From a virus (lineage: Duplodnaviria; Caudoviricetes), in IMG/VR virus record IMGVR_UViG_3300024518_004078, positions 1 to 50,056 of that record: a DNA stretch of 50,056 bases. The stretch is one strand, 5' to 3'. Position numbers and translations under genes: made by a program. This document shows, one piece after another, positions 46,883-50,056 of the stretch. Position 1 is the first letter of the stretch; each line of letters starts with the position of its first letter. Below the pieces are notes generated by a model that saw nothing but the letters and a program-made list of their open reading frames with translations, was not told the origin of the DNA and searched no databases.

Positions 46883-46910
46883 ACTATAACACATATTTCC
46901 AAGTTGCAAA
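46883..46910 (-). promoter_or_regulatory. Leftward promoter with extended -10
   Basis: TGn-TATAGT with TTGCAA 15 nt upstream. Confidence 0.5.
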
Positions 46911-47020
46911 GTTTTTTTGTAACTTTTCCAAGCCCCTGTAATCATTCAGTTGACACATTTGCCGCAATCGAACAATTAGACACGTAAAATGCGCGTACTT
47001 TTTCGGCCATAATCTCCGAA

Positions 47021-47313
47021 ATTACAGAATATTACCCCAAAAAGGTAATATTCCCCCGGTCCGTAATTGCCAAAACGCCAATAATAACGGGCACATTACC
47101 AATATTCCGGAAATTATCGCTAGGACAGGCACTATGTGTGTGTGTGCGGGCGTGTGTGTGCGTACGCCTATATATATAATTTTTCTTTTTTAAGTAATAA
47201 TATAATAAAGAGAAAGAGAACATTAAAAAGGCGAGCAGCTACGCGGGGTTCAAAATATCGAGACACGATATATTTTTTGTAATAACCCGTAATATGGGGT
47301 AATATGGGGTAAT
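47021..47313. other. Putative replication origin / control region
   Basis: Ten GTAAT/ATTAC copies, four at 10-bp phase; (GT)n tract; AT-rich block; lies at the strand divergence point. Confidence 0.5.
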
Positions 47314-47346
47314 AAGGGGGTTTTCCCCCAAGATCGTGATTTTAGC

Positions 47347-47375
47347 GTGACAACAGGCGCGCCCGGCATTATACT
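47347..47375 (+). promoter_or_regulatory. Rightward promoter, probably giving a leaderless mRNA
   Basis: GTGACA-17-TATACT; ATG 47382 lies 7 nt after the -10, with no RBS. Confidence 0.55.
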
Positions 47376-47381
47376 TTTCAA

Positions 47382-47567
47382 ATGCCACCAAATATAGAGA
47401 AATACCGCCCCACCAATCGAGAGAAATCCAAAGCAGACAACCGGCGGTGTTTGCATTGGTGTTATAGTTGCGACATGGAGAGAGTAGGGGCCGTGGGCAA
47501 GTGTCCGTTCTGCGGAAACAGAAATAACAGGAAAAAGAGAATCGATCCCCACCTAGAGGCCCATTAA
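47382..47567 (+). CDS. Zinc-ribbon protein
   Basis: WCYSCD..KCPFCG. Confidence 0.65.
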   Translation: MPPNIEKYRPTNREKSKADNRRCLHWCYSCDMERVGAVGKCPFCGNRNNRKKRIDPHLEAH

Positions 47568-47568
47568 C

Positions 47569-48285
47569 ATGCCACCAATGTTCCAGCTAAAACAGCAAGA
47601 CCTCAAGCAGCTTGAGGAAGCGTTCCGTAAGAGCCCCAAGCGGTTTCGCAGTGTAACCGGTCGGGTGCTCAATACCTTCGCGTTCGAGTCCAGGCTCCGA
47701 GCTATCAAAATAGTCGAGTCTGAGATGATGTCTCGCCGTAAGGGCTTCGCCAACAAGGTGCTCAAGGTTGAGCGCGCAAACTTCTTTAGACCGATAGACG
47801 CTCAGAGGTCCCAGGTGGGGTCCATAAGACTCCCGCGCTTCTCCGGGTGGGTAGCGCAGCAGAATGGGAGAAAGACGAACAGGACACGTGTAGCGACATC
47901 CCTGGGGCGTGGTGGCAAGGATTCGAGGCAGATCGCTCCGTCTAACAGGCTCAGAAAGGGAAAAGACTTCAAATCACCCGACGAATACAAGGGTCGTTCC
48001 CAGACTCACAGGGCCGTCGTAATGCTCCAGCACCTCAACTCCATAGGCTACAAAAAGCCGTTCATAATTACCGGTCACAAACGCATGGCGCCGGGTCTCT
48101 ATAAATTTCGCGGCCGTGGCAAAAAACGCGGCCCTCAAATGCTCCAATCGTTTAATCCGATCCAGGTGCAGCCGAAAGTTAATCGGTGGCTTACGAAATC
48201 TGTTGACAGAATGTTCAAAATGGTAAATATTCGTTCGGTGTACTCAAGTGCGTTGAAAAAGGCGTTTAAGGTTGGGCTGAAATGA
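47569..48285 (+). CDS. Basic protein, possibly gpZ/HK97 gp10-like neck or tail completion protein
   Basis: LKQLEEAF..P..VLNTFAF amphipathic N-terminus; very Arg/Lys-rich; family call tentative. Confidence 0.45.
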   Translation: MPPMFQLKQQDLKQLEEAFRKSPKRFRSVTGRVLNTFAFESRLRAIKIVESEMMSRRKGFANKVLKVERANFFRPIDAQRSQVGSIRLPRFSGWVAQQNGRKTNRTRVATSLGRGGKDSRQIAPSNRLRKGKDFKSPDEYKGRSQTHRAVVMLQHLNSIGYKKPFIITGHKRMAPGLYKFRGRGKKRGPQMLQSFNPIQVQPKVNRWLTKSVDRMFKMVNIRSVYSSALKKAFKVGLK

Positions 48286-48325
48286 AAATGACGGGATCCG
48301 GTGTGGGCCGTCACCCGTGCCGGTG

Positions 48326-48406
48326 GGAATTGTAGTTTAATAGGCAAAACACGTTCAGTTATCCGGATTAATTGAGCAGATTCCGGTTCGACTCCGGGCG
48401 ATTCGC
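48326..48406 (+). ncRNA. tRNA-like RNA with an elongated anticodon arm
   Basis: Acceptor GGAATTG/CGATTCG (6 of 7 pairs); T8A9; D arm GTTT-AATAGGCA-AAAC; T arm TCCGG-TTCGACT-CCGGG; 9-bp anticodon stem; no CCA; intergenic. Confidence 0.72.
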
Positions 48407-48436
48407 TATTTTTTTGAGCAATGAAAAGGGGAAATT

Positions 48437-48637
48437 ATGGAAACCGAACACGCGAGTTATCTCGTTTCAACAATCGAAATTTCTAAATGTGGGGAGTGTC
48501 TGGCGTCGAAGCCCTCCTCGCGCGGTTATTGCCGGTGCGTCCTTCTCAGCCAAATAACAGACGTAAATTATCCACCTACGGACGATTGCCCGCTCCGAGA
48601 AAAGCCGATCTTGCTTCGGTTGGGCGAGGGGGTTTAG
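48437..48637 (+). CDS. Cys-rich hypothetical protein
   Basis: AAGGGG RBS; CGEC..C..DDCPL. Confidence 0.6.
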   Translation: METEHASYLVSTIEISKCGECLASKPSSRGYCRCVLLSQITDVNYPPTDDCPLREKPILLRLGEGV

Positions 48638-48638
48638 G

Positions 48639-49034
48639 ATGGGGGATCTGGAAATGGGGGATCCTGATACTTGCGGATATTCATTTTGGTATGCCCAGGG
48701 CAGATTTACGTGTCAATTCGATCCAGCTATCGCGCTCCACAGTAGAGAGTGCGATAGCTTCGATTGCCCGGCCAAGAAAGCCGCGCTTTTGCCAGCGGTC
48801 AAACCGCCCAAAAAGGAGAAAAGGGAAATGTCAACCAGAAAAGAGATCAGACAGAAAAGGTTTACTATTGAATTTATTGCAAAGGTGGGACCGTCCTCGA
48901 CAAACACGGAAGTAGCGCGCGAGCTACTAGATAGTTTCGGCGACGATTGTGCATATGAGATCGTAGAAGCACAGATTTCCTTCGAGGAAACTTCCGTCCT
49001 TCTCCTTACACCGGGGGAGCTCAATGGAAATTAA
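48639..49034 (+). CDS. Hypothetical protein, possible internal start at 48828
   Basis: GAGGGG RBS; second RBS-like AAGGAGAAAAGGG before an in-frame ATG. Confidence 0.55.
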   Translation: MGDLEMGDPDTCGYSFWYAQGRFTCQFDPAIALHSRECDSFDCPAKKAALLPAVKPPKKEKREMSTRKEIRQKRFTIEFIAKVGPSSTNTEVARELLDSFGDDCAYEIVEAQISFEETSVLLLTPGELNGN

Positions 49035-49180
49035 CCGAGACGAAAAAACATGTAATTCTTGTTGCAAAGGGATAAAAGGTGAATACTACTCTTTTTGGAC
49101 GGCATTTGGAGATGAAGAGGACATATGCCCCGATTGTCTCCAGGAGTGGTTAGACGCGAGCAAAGAGGGAGCGCCTTCAG

Positions 49181-49420
49181 ATGGATAGTTTCAGAAAAAC
49201 GAAGCCGATTTCTTGGCCGGATAAGGCGGGTTATTGGTGGTTTTGGGGAAAGAAATATGAAAATTCCGAATCAGAACTCCTTGCTGTGAGCGTTATCGAT
49301 CGAGGAGACGGGAAGGGCGTGATGATGGTGTTGTTGCTCGGTTACCGCCTATGTGGGGGCTATTTCGATTCTGCCCAATTCATCCCGGCCACGTTGCCGG
49401 AGTTGCCGGAGGGTGAGTGA
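49181..49420 (+). CDS. Hypothetical protein
   Basis: GAGGGAG RBS; PDKAGYWW motif. Confidence 0.6.
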   Translation: MDSFRKTKPISWPDKAGYWWFWGKKYENSESELLAVSVIDRGDGKGVMMVLLLGYRLCGGYFDSAQFIPATLPELPEGE

Positions 49421-49692
49421 TGGAGTATCAGGTTAAGATAGATTTGATAATAGACGATGATAAAGAGTTGTATTTCTTCGCTTATTTGCCCCAATTTGGA
49501 AGGAGTGCATGCAGCGCGACAGGGGAAACCGCAATAGGGGCGTTGACAAACCTTGGATATGTGTTTGGGGATATCAAGCAGCTATATGCGGATAAGGGCG
49601 CACCAATGCCTCCCATACTGGCGCACGAAGATGAACTTTATCACTCATCACCGGAAGGCTCCTGCGTGCCAACCCACGTTATCACGCACTAG
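49420..49692 (+). CDS. HicB-like protein with no DNA-binding domain
   Basis: YQVKI..DDD..FFAYLPQFG..CSATGET..AL.NL..Y.DKG.PMP fits the HicB N-terminal pattern. Confidence 0.72.
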   Translation: MEYQVKIDLIIDDDKELYFFAYLPQFGRSACSATGETAIGALTNLGYVFGDIKQLYADKGAPMPPILAHEDELYHSSPEGSCVPTHVITH

Positions 49693-49693
49693 C

Positions 49694-49795
49694 CCACAAT
49701 CCCCTACATATACCGAAACCACACGCATACACACACATTGCCCTACACATCCCACCACAACCTACACACACCCACATACACGCACCCCCCAACAC
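49694..49795 (+). repeat. C/A-rich, G-poor low-complexity tract
   Basis: CACA/CCC-rich with only four G in about 100 nt. Confidence 0.75.
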
Positions 49796-49832
49796 TGAAT
49801 AAATATTCACTAATCGCTGTATAAATATACAG
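49796..49832. promoter_or_regulatory. Two palindromic boxes, TGAATAAATATTCA and CTGTATAAATATACAG
   Basis: Shared TG-H-ATA-WW-TAT-W-CA layout; the second also fits CTGT-N8-ACAG. Confidence 0.6.
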
Positions 49833-50041
49833 TCGCAACACGATACAATGTGTGCCAATGTTGTGCCACATTAGCGTGTTCTCCCTAAATAGTGGCACAA
49901 CTATTCTCAAAAGTGGGACAGTGGGTCACGAATGACCCATATTGCTACAGCCCAGCAAATGCGCGGGTCGTAGCTTGTCTGCACGTAGGTGGGGGTGGGG
50001 GCATGTAAGGTACTCTCGCACCCCCTCCCACTGTGTGCGCC

Positions 50042-50056
50042 CTATATGTCGCAGCA
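50042..50056. repeat. Right copy of the 15-bp terminal direct repeat
   Basis: Identical to 1-15. Confidence 0.95.

Noticed and set aside
48326-48406. Canonical tRNA-Pro(CGG) or suppressor tRNA
   Set aside because: The stem is 9 bp, position 33 is not U, 1-72 is mismatched and there is no CCA, so no decoding identity can be assigned
49553-49798. 81-aa His/Thr/Pro-rich ORF
   Set aside because: Overlaps the hicB-like gene and merely translates the CA-rich tract; 47032..47223 is rejected likewise as a translation of the GT tract
49817-49832. Proof of SOS-inducible lysogeny
   Set aside because: The box fits the E. coli LexA consensus, but the host is unknown, sister boxes deviate, and no repressor or integrase is present; kept only as an alternative explanation
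1-50056. Alternative genetic code
   Set aside because: Core genes are full length in the standard code, and TAA, TAG and TGA all serve as coupled stops

Overview
The window looks like one complete ~50-kb tailed phage genome: bases 1-15 equal bases 50042-50056. It pairs a lambda-type packaging and head module (Nu1-like TerS, gpA-type TerL, gpW-like protein, lambda-family portal, S49 protease with a nested scaffold start, decoration protein, gpE-type capsid) with a Mu-type contractile tail (sheath, tube, frameshifted chaperone, tape measure, DNA-circulation protein, LysM-hub, gp45/46/47/48-like proteins, two fibre-like proteins). Transcription diverges from a repeat-rich control/origin region at ~46860-47380 and converges at ~30015. 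The leftward arm encodes YqaJ, RecT, a P-loop helicase with no visible primase domain, an SF2 helicase, a T4 Rnl2-like RNA ligase, an N6-adenine methyltransferase, an amidase, tandem HExxH proteins and many small ORFs. I see no integrase, CI-type repressor, DNA polymerase, reverse transcriptase or CRISPR array. The most notable unexplained features are: a tRNA-like RNA with a 9-bp anticodon stem, in a genome that also has Rnl2 and an orphan HicB-like protein; one ~77-aa domain inserted into two unrelated virion proteins; a palindromic box family flanking the genome ends and the head promoter; duplicated promoter-operator-leader cassettes; and short promoter-terminator units carrying anti-Shine-Dalgarno sequence. 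All calls come from motifs and synteny read by eye. No database searches were run.
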